Shown here in pieces: positions 8,098 through 17,747 of a stretch of DNA of 64,000 nucleotides. The notes under the pieces are model-generated. The model was not told the origin of the DNA. It searched no databases and saw only the letters and a list, made by a program, of their open reading frames with translations. Location: assembly GCA_963701015.1 (NCBI GenBank), contig OY969556.1, positions 4,336,868-4,400,867 on the forward strand, given 5' to 3'. The stretch is from an uncultured Bacteroidota bacterium. Lineage in GTDB: Bacteria > Bacteroidota > Bacteroidia > Bacteroidales > DTGW01. How positions within the stretch are numbered: position 1 is the first letter of the stretch; every line of letters starts with the position of its first letter. Made by a program: the position numbers and the translations under genes.

Positions 8098-11000
8098 ATG
8101 ATAGCAGATACCTTTATAAAACGCCCGATTACTGCAATTGTTATTTCAATTGTATTGGTAGTTATTGGAACATTGGCTATACTTAATTTACCTGTTAGCC
8201 AATATCCAGATATAACGCCACCAGTGGTTCAGGTATCTGGTCAATATGTTGGCGCTGATGCTACAACAGTTGAACAAACTGTTACAACTCCAACTGAAAT
8301 CCAGGTAAACGGTGTTCCAGGTATGAGCTATATTCAAAGCAACAGTACAAGTGACGGCCGTTCTTCAATGAATGTATATTTCGATATTGGAACGAATGTG
8401 GATATTGCAACTACTGAAGTTCAGAACAGGGTGAATATTGCCACCCCAATTTTACCCGATGAGGTTAAACGATTAGGAATGACAGTCCGTAAGCGCAATC
8501 CAAGCATACTTATGCTAGTGGCTATATATTCTCCAAAAAGTACGCATAATATAGAATTTCTAGATAATTATACCAATATATTTGTTAGGGATGCTTTGTT
8601 GAGAGTAAAAGGCGTTGGAGACATTTTCACAAGAGCCGACGATTTTAGTATGCGTATATGGTTAAAACCAGATAAAATTGCAAGCTTTGGATTAACTGTA
8701 AATGATGTTCTTTCTGCTGTACAGGAACAAAATGTTCAGGTTGCAGCCGGATCAATTGGCACTCCACCTCAAATATCAGGTCAGCCATTTGAATATACTG
8801 TTATAGCTAATGGACGATTAAGCAGTGTTAATGATTTTAATAATATTATTGTAAGGGCAAACCCAACTGATGGCTCAATTGTATATTTAAAAGATATTGC
8901 CAGAGTTGAGTTGGGTAAATTTAATTATTCCGGGGTTTCGTTTGTTGACAAACGCCCTTCTTCATTTTTATTAATATTTCAAACTCCAGGAAGCAATGCA
9001 CTTGACGTTGCTAAAGGAGTAAATAATACTATGGCGCAACTCAGTAAGTCTTTCCCGAATGATGTTGCGTATAATGTTCCTTTTGAATCAGTTTCAGTAG
9101 TAAAAGTATCAATCAGCGAAGTTGTTAAAACATTGCTCGAAGCCTTGGCACTTGTGGTATTAGTAGTTTTTGTATTCCTGCAGGACTGGCGTTCTACAAT
9201 TATACCTGTGCTTGCAATTCCTGTTTCAATTATTGGAACATTTATATTTTTTATACCTCTCGGATTTACTATTAATACACTAACACTTTTTGGATTTGTA
9301 TTGGCAATTGGAATCGTTGTTGATGATGCAATTATTGTGGTTGAAGCTGTACAGCGTTATATGGAAGAGTTTCACCTTCCGCCAAAGGAAGCTGCCCATA
9401 GGGCAATGGCAGATATTTCAGGGCCAGTAGTTGCTATTGCACTTGTTTTAGCTGCAGTCTTTATACCTGCCGGATTTCTTCCCGGCATAGTTGGAAGGTT
9501 ATACCAGCAATTTGCTATAACTATTGCAATTTCAGTACTTATATCTGCTTTTGTAGCATTATCATTAACACCTGCATTATGTTCATTATTTTTAAAACCA
9601 CATCATATTGATAAATCTTCCAAAGGGTTGAATTATGTATTTTTTCATTTTAATAAATGGTTTAACAGACGGACAAAAGGTTATACCAATAATGTTCAGA
9701 TTGCTATACGAAATTCACGCTATATAGTTATTCTTCTTGTGGTAGTTATCTTTGGTGCTTATTTGTTAATTTTAAATAAACCAACTGGCTTTATTCCTTT
9801 GGAAGATGAAGGAAGGATTTTTATTACTTTTGAATTGCCCGAAGCATCATCAACATCACGAACTGTTGATGTCCTTAAAAAAATAATGAATTCACTGAGC
9901 CAAATTAATGGCGTAAGCCATTATGCTGCAATAGCTGGATTTAATGTTGTTTCAGGAGCCAGTAAATCAAATAGCGGAACTGTTTTTTGCCAGTTAAAAC
10001 CCTGGGATGAACGAACAAGTAAATCGGAGCAGCTTTTTGCAATAATAGCACAAATGCAGGCAAAATTTGTTGCAATAAAGGAAGCAAATATTATTGTTAT
10101 ACCTCCACCCGCAATTCCCGGGCTTGGAGCTACTGGTGGCTTTACTTTCGAGTTACAGCAACGCGAAAGTAATGACGATATTAAAACTTTCGAACGCAAT
10201 GTGTATGCATTTATGGCGACTGCCAATAAACGACCTGAAATTAGTCGAGCATTTACATTTTTTAATGCGCGTACACCAAATTATCAGCTTACTGTTGATA
10301 GGGATAAATGTAAAAAAATGGGTGTTAGTCTTACTGAAGTTTTTAATACCATTCAAACTTATTTAGGAAGCAATTATATTAACGACTTCACAATATATAA
10401 CCGAAATTTCCATGTTATAGCGCAAGCTGATACGCTTTATAGAAAAGATATTGTAGATTTAGATAAATACTATGTCCGTAATTCAGCCGGAACAATGTTA
10501 CCCTTAAGTTCTGTTATGTCCTATAAGGTTAACGAAGGAGCGTCAATGATATCACATTATAATTTATATCGTACGGCTGAATTCGTTGGAAATGCAAAAG
10601 AAGGATATAGCTCAGGACAAGCCTTAAAAGCATTGGAAGAAACTGCAAAACAAGTATTGCCAAAAGGATATGGCTTTGAATTTTCCGGTTTAAGCCGTGA
10701 AGAAATGAAATCAGGGAATACATCTACTTATATTTTTATATTATCCTTGCTTTTTGTATTCCTTTTTCTTTCAGCATTATATGAAAGCTGGACGGTGCCA
10801 TTTACAATTCTGCTTGGAGTTCCTCTTGCAGCATTTGGTGCTATATTAGCGCTTACACTGAATCCGAGTTTGTCAAATAATATATACGCACAAATTGGGC
10901 TAATCACACTTATTGGACTTGCTGCTAAAAATTCAATCCTGATAGTTGAATTTGCTAAAGAACGTGTTGACAAGGGAATGGAAATTGTTTCAGCCACTAT

Positions 11001-11274
11001 TGAAGCTGTTCGATTGCGTTTACGCCCAATATTAATGACATCGTTTGCATTTATGTTTGGAGTGTCTCCATTGGTATTAGCGACGGGTGCAGGCGCTGTT
11101 GCACGTCAAACTATTGGTTGGTCGGTACTGGGCGGGATGTTAGTTGCAACAGCTTTTGGTGTTTTCATAATTCCCGTTTTGTTTATTTTAATCATCCGAC
11201 TAACTTATGGAAAACAAAAACTTGATGACTTAAGGGCTAAATATGAGTTATCAAATAATTCCGAAGTGAAATAA
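8098..11274 (+). CDS. RND efflux permease, HAE1 (AcrB-like) type
   Basis: 1058 aa. The N-terminus FIKRPITAIVISIVLVVIGTLAILNLPVSQYPDITPP parallels the AcrB N-terminus. The layout is 12 TM with two large periplasmic loops. Confidence 0.95.
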   Translation: MIADTFIKRPITAIVISIVLVVIGTLAILNLPVSQYPDITPPVVQVSGQYVGADATTVEQTVTTPTEIQVNGVPGMSYIQSNSTSDGRSSMNVYFDIGTNVDIATTEVQNRVNIATPILPDEVKRLGMTVRKRNPSILMLVAIYSPKSTHNIEFLDNYTNIFVRDALLRVKGVGDIFTRADDFSMRIWLKPDKIASFGLTVNDVLSAVQEQNVQVAAGSIGTPPQISGQPFEYTVIANGRLSSVNDFNNIIVRANPTDGSIVYLKDIARVELGKFNYSGVSFVDKRPSSFLLIFQTPGSNALDVAKGVNNTMAQLSKSFPNDVAYNVPFESVSVVKVSISEVVKTLLEALALVVLVVFVFLQDWRSTIIPVLAIPVSIIGTFIFFIPLGFTINTLTLFGFVLAIGIVVDDAIIVVEAVQRYMEEFHLPPKEAAHRAMADISGPVVAIALVLAAVFIPAGFLPGIVGRLYQQFAITIAISVLISAFVALSLTPALCSLFLKPHHIDKSSKGLNYVFFHFNKWFNRRTKGYTNNVQIAIRNSRYIVILLVVVIFGAYLLILNKPTGFIPLEDEGRIFITFELPEASSTSRTVDVLKKIMNSLSQINGVSHYAAIAGFNVVSGASKSNSGTVFCQLKPWDERTSKSEQLFAIIAQMQAKFVAIKEANIIVIPPPAIPGLGATGGFTFELQQRESNDDIKTFERNVYAFMATANKRPEISRAFTFFNARTPNYQLTVDRDKCKKMGVSLTEVFNTIQTYLGSNYINDFTIYNRNFHVIAQADTLYRKDIVDLDKYYVRNSAGTMLPLSSVMSYKVNEGASMISHYNLYRTAEFVGNAKEGYSSGQALKALEETAKQVLPKGYGFEFSGLSREEMKSGNTSTYIFILSLLFVFLFLSALYESWTVPFTILLGVPLAAFGAILALTLNPSLSNNIYAQIGLITLIGLAAKNSILIVEFAKERVDKGMEIVSATIEAVRLRLRPILMTSFAFMFGVSPLVLATGAGAVARQTIGWSVLGGMLVATAFGVFIIPVLFILIIRLTYGKQKLDDLRAKYELSNNSEVK

Positions 11275-11297
11275 TTTAAAAATTTAGTAACATAAAA

Positions 11298-11645
11298 CTA
11301 TTTTTTGTCATATAATGATTCGCTTCCTCTTTCCCTTGTCCTAATTCTTATTGACTCATCAATTGTTGATATAAATATACGTCCATCGCCGCTTTCACCC
11401 GTATATGCATTTTTTAATATAGCTTCAACAGCTTTTTCTTCATTTATATCACGAACAACAAATGAAAGATTTATTCTATCAATTGTACTCACATCATATA
11501 CCCTTCCACGAAAGATACGTTCCTGTCTTTCTGTTCCATGTCCCCTAACATCCCAATAAGTAAAAAATTCAATATCAACATCGTGTAAAGCTTTTTTAAC
11601 ATCTTCAAATTTTTCTTTGCGGATAATTGCTTCAATTTTTTTCAT
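11298..11645 (-). CDS. P-II family signal transduction protein (GlnB/GlnK-like)
   Basis: MKKIEAIIRKEKFEDVKKAL..., a T-loop region RGHGTERQERIFRGRVY and the C-terminal GDGRIFISTIDESIRIRT match P-II. Confidence 0.9.
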   Translation of the reverse strand: MKKIEAIIRKEKFEDVKKALHDVDIEFFTYWDVRGHGTERQERIFRGRVYDVSTIDRINLSFVVRDINEEKAVEAILKNAYTGESGDGRIFISTIDESIRIRTRERGSESLYDKK

Positions 11646-11854
11646 ATTCTTTCAAATTTATAAGATTTTAATATCAATTTACTACCATATATAAAGTTAA
11701 TGAATTTATTAGATTTTTCGAAGATATTTGGGTTTAATTTGCTTATAATTCGATATATTTTAACTTATATTTTGAATAATAAACCATTATAATATTGCAT
11801 TATTTGTCAATTTTAATATTACTATATCAAAAGAAATTAAATTTTATTCAACAG

Positions 11855-11882
11855 TTTGATGTAAATTGCAATTATAAATTTG
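11855..11882 (+). promoter_or_regulatory. candidate Bacteroidota promoter (TTTG at 11855-11858, TAAATTTG at 11875-11882)
   Basis: Both consensus elements (-33 TTTG and -7 TAnnTTTG) are present with a 16-nt spacer. The -7 box ends only 6 nt before the ATG at 11889. Confidence 0.4.
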
Positions 11883-11888
11883 CATGTT

Positions 11889-13562
11889 ATGCTATTCAAA
11901 TATTTTAAAAATAGTAGAGTATTTATTGCCTGCATCATTATCTCATTTTCATGTTTGAATACTTTTTCGCAGAGTAATAATAATTCAAAAATAATTGGAA
12001 TTGATTCAATCGATCAAAAACCTATAGGTTCACCGGTTATATTTTCTTTAGATACTCTTTTTTATATTTATAATAAATCAGGTAGTTTTTCTGCAGTTGA
12101 AAGAGCAAAGGCAATAAAGTTACGCATTGATAAACTTGCAAATGATTTCAATTATTCTACTGATTCCCTTTTAGTTGTCCCTGATGAAAATACATATGAT
12201 ATAATTTATGGCAAATCCATTATTATTAGCATCAATAGTGATGATGCTAAAATTGAAAAAATGGAACCAAAGCAACTTGCAACCAATTATAAATTGCACA
12301 TCAACAACGTTATAAGTAAATATAGAAATTCAACCGGACTGAAAAGTATAATTATTGATTTTGGCCTTATTTTTATTATATTAATTGCTTTATATTGGGT
12401 TATTAAATATATAAATAAGTTTTTCAGATTCTCGCGTTTAAAAATAGTTGAATGGAAAGGTAAATACATTAAAGGCATTAAAATAAGGGATTATGAGTTG
12501 TTTACTGCCAGAAATGAAGTCAGGGCTTTAGTTATATTTAATAATATAATCCACTGGGTGATATTAATACTGCTCATTTATTTATCATTGCCATTAATAT
12601 TTAATATTCTGCCCTGGACAAAAGGATTTTCAGATACATTACTTGGTTTTATTTTCGATCCATTAAAAAAAATGTTCCTTGCCTTATGGCATTATTTACC
12701 TAACCTTTTCACCATTATTGTTATATTATTTGTTTTTCGTTATGTTTTAAAAGGATTGCAGTTTCTTAAAAAAGAAATTGAACGGGAAGCATTGCATATT
12801 CCAGGATTTTATCCTGATTGGGCTAACCCAACCTATCAAATTATACGGGTATTAATATTTGCTTTTATGCTTATATTAATTTTCCCATATTTGCCAGGTT
12901 CAAATTCACCTGTATTTCAAGGTGTTTCGGTATTTTTAGGTTTTCTTCTTACTTTTGGTTCCTCAGGTTCATTATCAAATGTAATTGCCGGATTAGTACT
13001 AACCTATATGCGATCATTTAAAATTGGCGATAGGGTTAAAATTGGTGAAGTTACTGGTGATATTATTGAAAAGTCATTATTGGTCACGCGTATAAGAACT
13101 ATTAAAAACGAAGATATTACTATTCCTAATTCAACTATTTTAAATAGTCATACTATAAATTATAGTTCGTCATCACAAAAATCGGGTTTAATATTGAATA
13201 CAACTGTCACAATTGGTTATGATGCTCCCTGGCGCCAGGTTCATCAATTGCTTATTGATGCAGCTAAATCGACTGAATTTATTTTAAAAGAACCACAACC
13301 ATTTGTATTACAAACAAGTCTTGATGATTTTTTTGTCAGCTATCAGATTAATGCGTATACCAATGAACCTAATAAACAAGCAACTATATATTCACAATTA
13401 CATCAGAATATACAAGATAAATTTAACGAAGCAGGTGTTGAAATAATGTCATCACATTATAGTTCAATTCGTGACGGAAATCAAACCACTATACCATCTG
13501 ATTATTTGCCCGGTGATTATATTTCGCCTTCTTTTAAGGTTAAGCAAAATGAAAATAAGTAA
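11889..13562 (+). CDS. mechanosensitive ion channel (MscS family) protein
   Basis: Pore helix plus beta-domain signature GSSGSLSNVIAGLVLTYMRSFKIGDRVKIGEVTGDIIEKSLLVTRIRT. An N-terminal signal peptide is followed by an extra periplasmic domain. ATG 11889 is preferred over TTG 11880. Confidence 0.85.
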   Translation: MLFKYFKNSRVFIACIIISFSCLNTFSQSNNNSKIIGIDSIDQKPIGSPVIFSLDTLFYIYNKSGSFSAVERAKAIKLRIDKLANDFNYSTDSLLVVPDENTYDIIYGKSIIISINSDDAKIEKMEPKQLATNYKLHINNVISKYRNSTGLKSIIIDFGLIFIILIALYWVIKYINKFFRFSRLKIVEWKGKYIKGIKIRDYELFTARNEVRALVIFNNIIHWVILILLIYLSLPLIFNILPWTKGFSDTLLGFIFDPLKKMFLALWHYLPNLFTIIVILFVFRYVLKGLQFLKKEIEREALHIPGFYPDWANPTYQIIRVLIFAFMLILIFPYLPGSNSPVFQGVSVFLGFLLTFGSSGSLSNVIAGLVLTYMRSFKIGDRVKIGEVTGDIIEKSLLVTRIRTIKNEDITIPNSTILNSHTINYSSSSQKSGLILNTTVTIGYDAPWRQVHQLLIDAAKSTEFILKEPQPFVLQTSLDDFFVSYQINAYTNEPNKQATIYSQLHQNIQDKFNEAGVEIMSSHYSSIRDGNQTTIPSDYLPGDYISPSFKVKQNENK

Positions 13563-13604
13563 GTTGTTATTTAGAATTCGTTTAAAACGATTTTAAACTA
13601 ATAT

Positions 13605-14822
13605 ATGAAAATATTCGACTCCTCGGTAATTATTATTATACTTTGCGGCATTGTTATATTATCCTACTTTTTTTCATTGTTAAGCCTTAAAACCCGTATT
13701 CCATCTGTAATTTTACTATTGGTTACCGGAATTGTCATAAAATTTATTGTTTCTGACTTAGGAATAGATTATAATTTTCCAACTACTGTAATTGAGTTAT
13801 TCGGAACCGTTGGTCTTATTATGATTCTTTTGGAGGCTGGATTGGATTTAAAAATTAGCCGAAAAAGAATAAAATTAATACGTAATTCTGCACTTTCGGC
13901 ATTAATTGTTATGTTATTATCTGTTGTATTAGTTTCAATAATTATAAAATATTGGCTTAACCAACCGATTTTAAATAGTATTGTTTATTCTATTCCTCTT
14001 TCTATAATTAGCGGTGCTATTGTTATACCAAGCCTGGGACATTTAACTTTTCTGAAACGGGATTTTTTAATATATGAAGCAAGTTTTTCCGATATATTTG
14101 GTATTCTAATTTTTAATTATATAATAACTGAGCATGCGTTTAGTTTATTCAATTTTGGCATATTCTTTTTTAATATGTTATTGGCAATAATAATTGCTTT
14201 AGTAATTTCATTTTCATTGTTTTACTTGCTTACTCATTCAAAAGTTAATGTTAAATTTTTTCTTGCTTTCTCAATTCTTGTTCTATTATATATAACAGGT
14301 GAAATGATTAACCTTCCTTCACTTATAATTATTTTAGTATTTGGGTTAATGGTTTCGAATTGGGAAAAAATTAAATATAAATCGCTAACCAAATATTTTC
14401 CACATTCGCAAATTGAAAGTACACATGAACTATTGCATAGTATTACAGCCGAGTCCTCATTTTTAATCCGCACATTCTTTTTTATTCTTTTTGGCTATTC
14501 ATTAAATTTAAAATTACTTTTAAATCTTGAAGTTCTGGTAATTGGAAGTTCTCTTGTTGTTGCCATGTTATTGGTCAGGTATTTTTATTTAAAATTATTC
14601 GTTAAAGAAAATATATTTCCTGAATTGTTTTTTATGCCAAGAGGGTTAATTACAATTTTACTATTTTATAAAATTCCTTCCAAACTTCAACTTTCTGAAT
14701 TTAATATGGGTATTTTGTTTTTTGTTGTATTGGCAACGAGTTTAATTATGCTTATGGGATCAATATTTTATAAAACTACAAAGGAAATTAATACTCCGGA
14801 TGAATTATTTGAACAAGGATAA
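13605..14822 (+). CDS. cation:proton antiporter (Na+/H+ exchanger family)
   Basis: 405 aa and polytopic. LFGTVGLIMILLEAGLDL resembles the Na_H_Exchanger core motif. Confidence 0.75.
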   Translation: MKIFDSSVIIIILCGIVILSYFFSLLSLKTRIPSVILLLVTGIVIKFIVSDLGIDYNFPTTVIELFGTVGLIMILLEAGLDLKISRKRIKLIRNSALSALIVMLLSVVLVSIIIKYWLNQPILNSIVYSIPLSIISGAIVIPSLGHLTFLKRDFLIYEASFSDIFGILIFNYIITEHAFSLFNFGIFFFNMLLAIIIALVISFSLFYLLTHSKVNVKFFLAFSILVLLYITGEMINLPSLIIILVFGLMVSNWEKIKYKSLTKYFPHSQIESTHELLHSITAESSFLIRTFFFILFGYSLNLKLLLNLEVLVIGSSLVVAMLLVRYFYLKLFVKENIFPELFFMPRGLITILLFYKIPSKLQLSEFNMGILFFVVLATSLIMLMGSIFYKTTKEINTPDELFEQG

Positions 14823-15035
14823 TTAATTTAAATTTATAGTATTTTTTTCTTAAAAATTGAATTCAAACTTCACCCTTTACACCTTAACGTTTAACTTCTT
14901 ATTTTATATAACCTGTATAATTAAAACGTTCATAATTAATACTATATAAAATAAATTAAAATATTTTCTAATTGTTTGGGTTACTTTTAATCAGTATCTT
15001 TTATAAATGGTTGAAAACAATCATACACAATTTAT

Positions 15036-15641
15036 ATGGATACAAATTTTTCTATGGAAATCTGGAAAAAACTCATTATTCCTGATTTAAATAAAAATGA
15101 ACAATTTGAAATATCAAATTTTGGCCGTATAAAAAGCCTGAAAACCGGACCGAAAGGTTTTATTATAAAAGCTTCGAATGTTAGAGGTTATCATGCCATT
15201 GTGGTAAAGTTAAAATCGAATAAAAGCACCACATGCTATGTACATAAATTGGTTGCTGAACACTTCATTGAAAAGGATTATGAATTGCAGAGATATGTAA
15301 TCCATATGGATTTTGACAAAAACAACAATAAGGCTTCGAATTTGCGCTGGGTTACAAAACAAACAATGTTTGCCCATCAAAAAGTTAATCCAAATTATAA
15401 ACGTGGAATAGTAAGTAATGCAAAACTTACCGAAACAGAAGTTATTCGATTGAAATTAAAACTGCAGAGAAACAATAACCGCTTAGATATTCTGGCAAAA
15501 GAGTTCGGTGTTACCCATACCCAAATTAGCCGAATAAAAAATGGAGAAAACTGGGCACATGTTAAAGTCCCTCAAATAATTTATAAACCTGTTGAAACGT
15601 CTTTTAAGGCCTTAAATTCAAAGGAATCTTCATCGGTATAA
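15036..15641 (+). CDS. NUMOD4 motif-containing HNH endonuclease (free-standing homing-endonuclease-like)
   Basis: NUMOD4-like EIWKKLIIPDLNKNEQFEISNFGRIKS. HNH_3-like HKLVAEHFI...VIHMDFDKNNNKASNLRW. C-terminal HTH-like LAKEFGVTHTQISRIKNG. Confidence 0.75.
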   Translation: MDTNFSMEIWKKLIIPDLNKNEQFEISNFGRIKSLKTGPKGFIIKASNVRGYHAIVVKLKSNKSTTCYVHKLVAEHFIEKDYELQRYVIHMDFDKNNNKASNLRWVTKQTMFAHQKVNPNYKRGIVSNAKLTETEVIRLKLKLQRNNNRLDILAKEFGVTHTQISRIKNGENWAHVKVPQIIYKPVETSFKALNSKESSSV

Positions 15642-15676
15642 TTTGTACTAATACGTTTTTTTAAATACTCGGATTT

Positions 15677-16660
15677 TTATAAAATGGTATTTAACCACTG
15701 AATTGTCTTAGTAATACCAGTTTCCAGTGAAATTGAAGAATAGCCGAGATCTGTTTTTGATTTTTGTGAAGAAACTTCCCAATTATAATTAAATTTTCGA
15801 ACGTGTTGTGGTGTTATACGAGGTCGGATTTTTAATCTTTTATTTAAAAATAACATAAAATATCCTATGCTTAACATAGCCCAAAGTGGCATTTTTATTA
15901 ACAAATATTTTCGACCTGAAATTTTTGAAATTGTTTCAAAGAAATTATTGTATGAAACATTTTCTCCGCCTAAAATATAACGTTCACCTGGCTTGCCTTT
16001 TTCCATTGCTAAAATATGCCCATTTGCTACATCATCAACAAAAACATAATTTCCAATTGAAGTTCCATTACCTGGAATTATATGCCATTTTCCAGTTATA
16101 TAACTTTTAATCATTTTGGTTACACTATTGCTTTCGTTCAATGCTCCCGGGCCATATACCCTGGTAGGATTTACAATAATTATCCTCAAACCTTTTTTTA
16201 CATAATCGGAAATAATGCGTTCACTTTCAGCTTTCGAACGTTCATAACCTGTAAAATAGGGGATTTGAGAAATTGTTTTTTCTGTTATAATTCCATTCAA
16301 TGATGGGCCAAAAACACCTGCAGTTGAAGTAGTCACAATGTTATTTATACCAAGTTTTTTGGCTGTTTCAATTATATTAATTGTTCCCTGAACATTATAC
16401 TTGCTAAAATCGCCATGATTATTTTCCCAAACTGCTGCGAATGCTGCAATATGGTAAACTTGGCCACAACCTTCCATTGCTGTTTCAATACTTGGGATAT
16501 CAAGTATGTCACCCTGGAACCATTTTAAATGCTCATGCTCAAAGGTCAGCGATTTTGATTTTGAACGGTATATGGCATGAACATCATTACCGTGTTCCAA
16601 TAATATTTCTACTAATCGTTTTCCTATAAATCCGGTAGCGCCGGTAACAAATATTTTCAT
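15677..16660 (-). CDS. NAD-dependent epimerase/dehydratase family (extended SDR) protein
   Basis: IFVTGATGFIGKRLVE (GxxGxxG) and YERSK (YxxxK) are present. Its start overlaps the upstream gene's stop by 4 bp. Confidence 0.85.
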   Translation of the reverse strand: MKIFVTGATGFIGKRLVEILLEHGNDVHAIYRSKSKSLTFEHEHLKWFQGDILDIPSIETAMEGCGQVYHIAAFAAVWENNHGDFSKYNVQGTINIIETAKKLGINNIVTTSTAGVFGPSLNGIITEKTISQIPYFTGYERSKAESERIISDYVKKGLRIIIVNPTRVYGPGALNESNSVTKMIKSYITGKWHIIPGNGTSIGNYVFVDDVANGHILAMEKGKPGERYILGGENVSYNNFFETISKISGRKYLLIKMPLWAMLSIGYFMLFLNKRLKIRPRITPQHVRKFNYNWEVSSQKSKTDLGYSSISLETGITKTIQWLNTIL

Positions 16661-17349
16661 TTTTTATACGTAATCTCAGGATGATATTTTAGCGAAAACC
16701 ATTCGTTTGATAATGCCATAATACAATGTAGCCAAAATGCAATCCAAATTGTACCTGTGTGTAAAGTAAGCATACATAATACAATTCCCATTGGCACTGC
16801 ACCTGCCATTTCTTTAAACCCTTTTGGAATATGAATTAGTGCATAAACAATTGTGTTAATGGCAATAGCAATCCAAATTCCGGTAATTGGCAAAATTGTA
16901 AATAAAAGAAACCCGCGCATCATAATTTCATAGCCTAACAAATAAAGCATCCATGATAAAGCGCTTACTATTAATAGCGAAACGTTCCAATTGTTTTTTC
17001 TAATTTGAGGATAGACCTTTAAGTTATCAACTGTTTTGGCTGCAAAAAAATTTATTATTATCAATATAATTCCAATAGGAATTAGATAATAAAATGTTTT
17101 ATATTGAAATGAAATAGCCAGATATTTGAATTGATTTAATTTTGAGAATAATAAAATTTGAATAAAAAGAGGTATTATACCAAATAGAAATGCACCGGCA
17201 ATTCTATTGAAGATGACTATACGAACTTGTCTTTCAATTTCATCAAATTGTAATTTAAAATAATTATTTATTTTTTTTGAATGGCCAATAAAATGATAGG
17301 CAGCATAACAACAAACAACCACTAATATTGATATAACAATTGTTATCAT
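16657..17349 (-). CDS. CPBP family intramembrane glutamic endopeptidase (CAAX protease-like)
   Basis: Polytopic and 230 aa. YEIMMRGFLL (ExxxR), YALIHIP and WLHCIMALSNE resemble CPBP motifs 1-3, though imperfectly. Confidence 0.65.
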   Translation of the reverse strand: MITIVISILVVVCCYAAYHFIGHSKKINNYFKLQFDEIERQVRIVIFNRIAGAFLFGIIPLFIQILLFSKLNQFKYLAISFQYKTFYYLIPIGIILIIINFFAAKTVDNLKVYPQIRKNNWNVSLLIVSALSWMLYLLGYEIMMRGFLLFTILPITGIWIAIAINTIVYALIHIPKGFKEMAGAVPMGIVLCMLTLHTGTIWIAFWLHCIMALSNEWFSLKYHPEITYKK

Positions 17350-17352
17350 ATT

Positions 17353-17658
17353 TTAAAACTCAAAATCAATACATGAGCGTGATTCTCTGAGTTTCCCAAT
17401 TATTTCAGCCACTTTAACATGTTCAGGATGTTTTTGGTAAGCTTCTAATTCGTTAAATGATTTATGCGTGGTGATGAGTATAATGTCTGAATTTGAAGCA
17501 TCGGCATGGATAGAATTAATGCCAACTTCAATACTTTTAATATACCTGATTTTTTCTTTTAAGGATAATAGCAATTCTTTCATATATAAAATATTGGCAG
17601 CTTTATCACGACCTTCGGCAGTGTCCTTTAATTTCCAACTTACAATATGTTTTACCAT
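17353..17658 (-). CDS. Dabb (stress-responsive alpha/beta barrel) family protein
   Basis: 101 aa. MVKHIVSWKLKD... and overall length fit the Dabb domain. It lies 3 nt upstream of the CPBP gene. Confidence 0.7.
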   Translation of the reverse strand: MVKHIVSWKLKDTAEGRDKAANILYMKELLLSLKEKIRYIKSIEVGINSIHADASNSDIILITTHKSFNELEAYQKHPEHVKVAEIIGKLRESRSCIDFEF

Positions 17659-17680
17659 GTTTTTTTTATTTTAGTTATAC

Positions 17681-17721
17681 AAAAATCAAACCTTTCACTT
17701 TGGGTATAAAATGAAAGGTTT
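17681..17721 (-). terminator. intrinsic terminator of gpmA
   Basis: 10-bp stem aaacctttca (17688-17697) / tgaaaggttt (17712-17721). On the minus strand it is followed by GATTTTT. Confidence 0.7.
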
Positions 17722-17747
17722 TTACAACTTATATAATGATTAAATTA

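Noticed and set aside
8098-11274. RND pump as a heavy-metal (CzcA/HME) exporter partnered with the Cys-rich protein
   Set aside because: The permease N-terminus and overall pattern parallel AcrB-type HAE1 pumps rather than CzcA. I therefore do not claim a metal-efflux system. The link to the Cys-rich protein remains only positional.
11490-11550. Apparent loss of the P-II T-loop tyrosine (IFRG instead of LYRG)
   Set aside because: On re-alignment the query T-loop is one residue shorter. The Tyr51 equivalent is retained in RGRVY, and the Phe aligns with the non-modified Tyr46, so no claim is made.
14823-15676. HNH gene region as part of a prophage or integrative element
   Set aside because: I could find no integrase, no tRNA target, no flanking direct repeats and no neighbouring phage genes. 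Only the single gene is reported.
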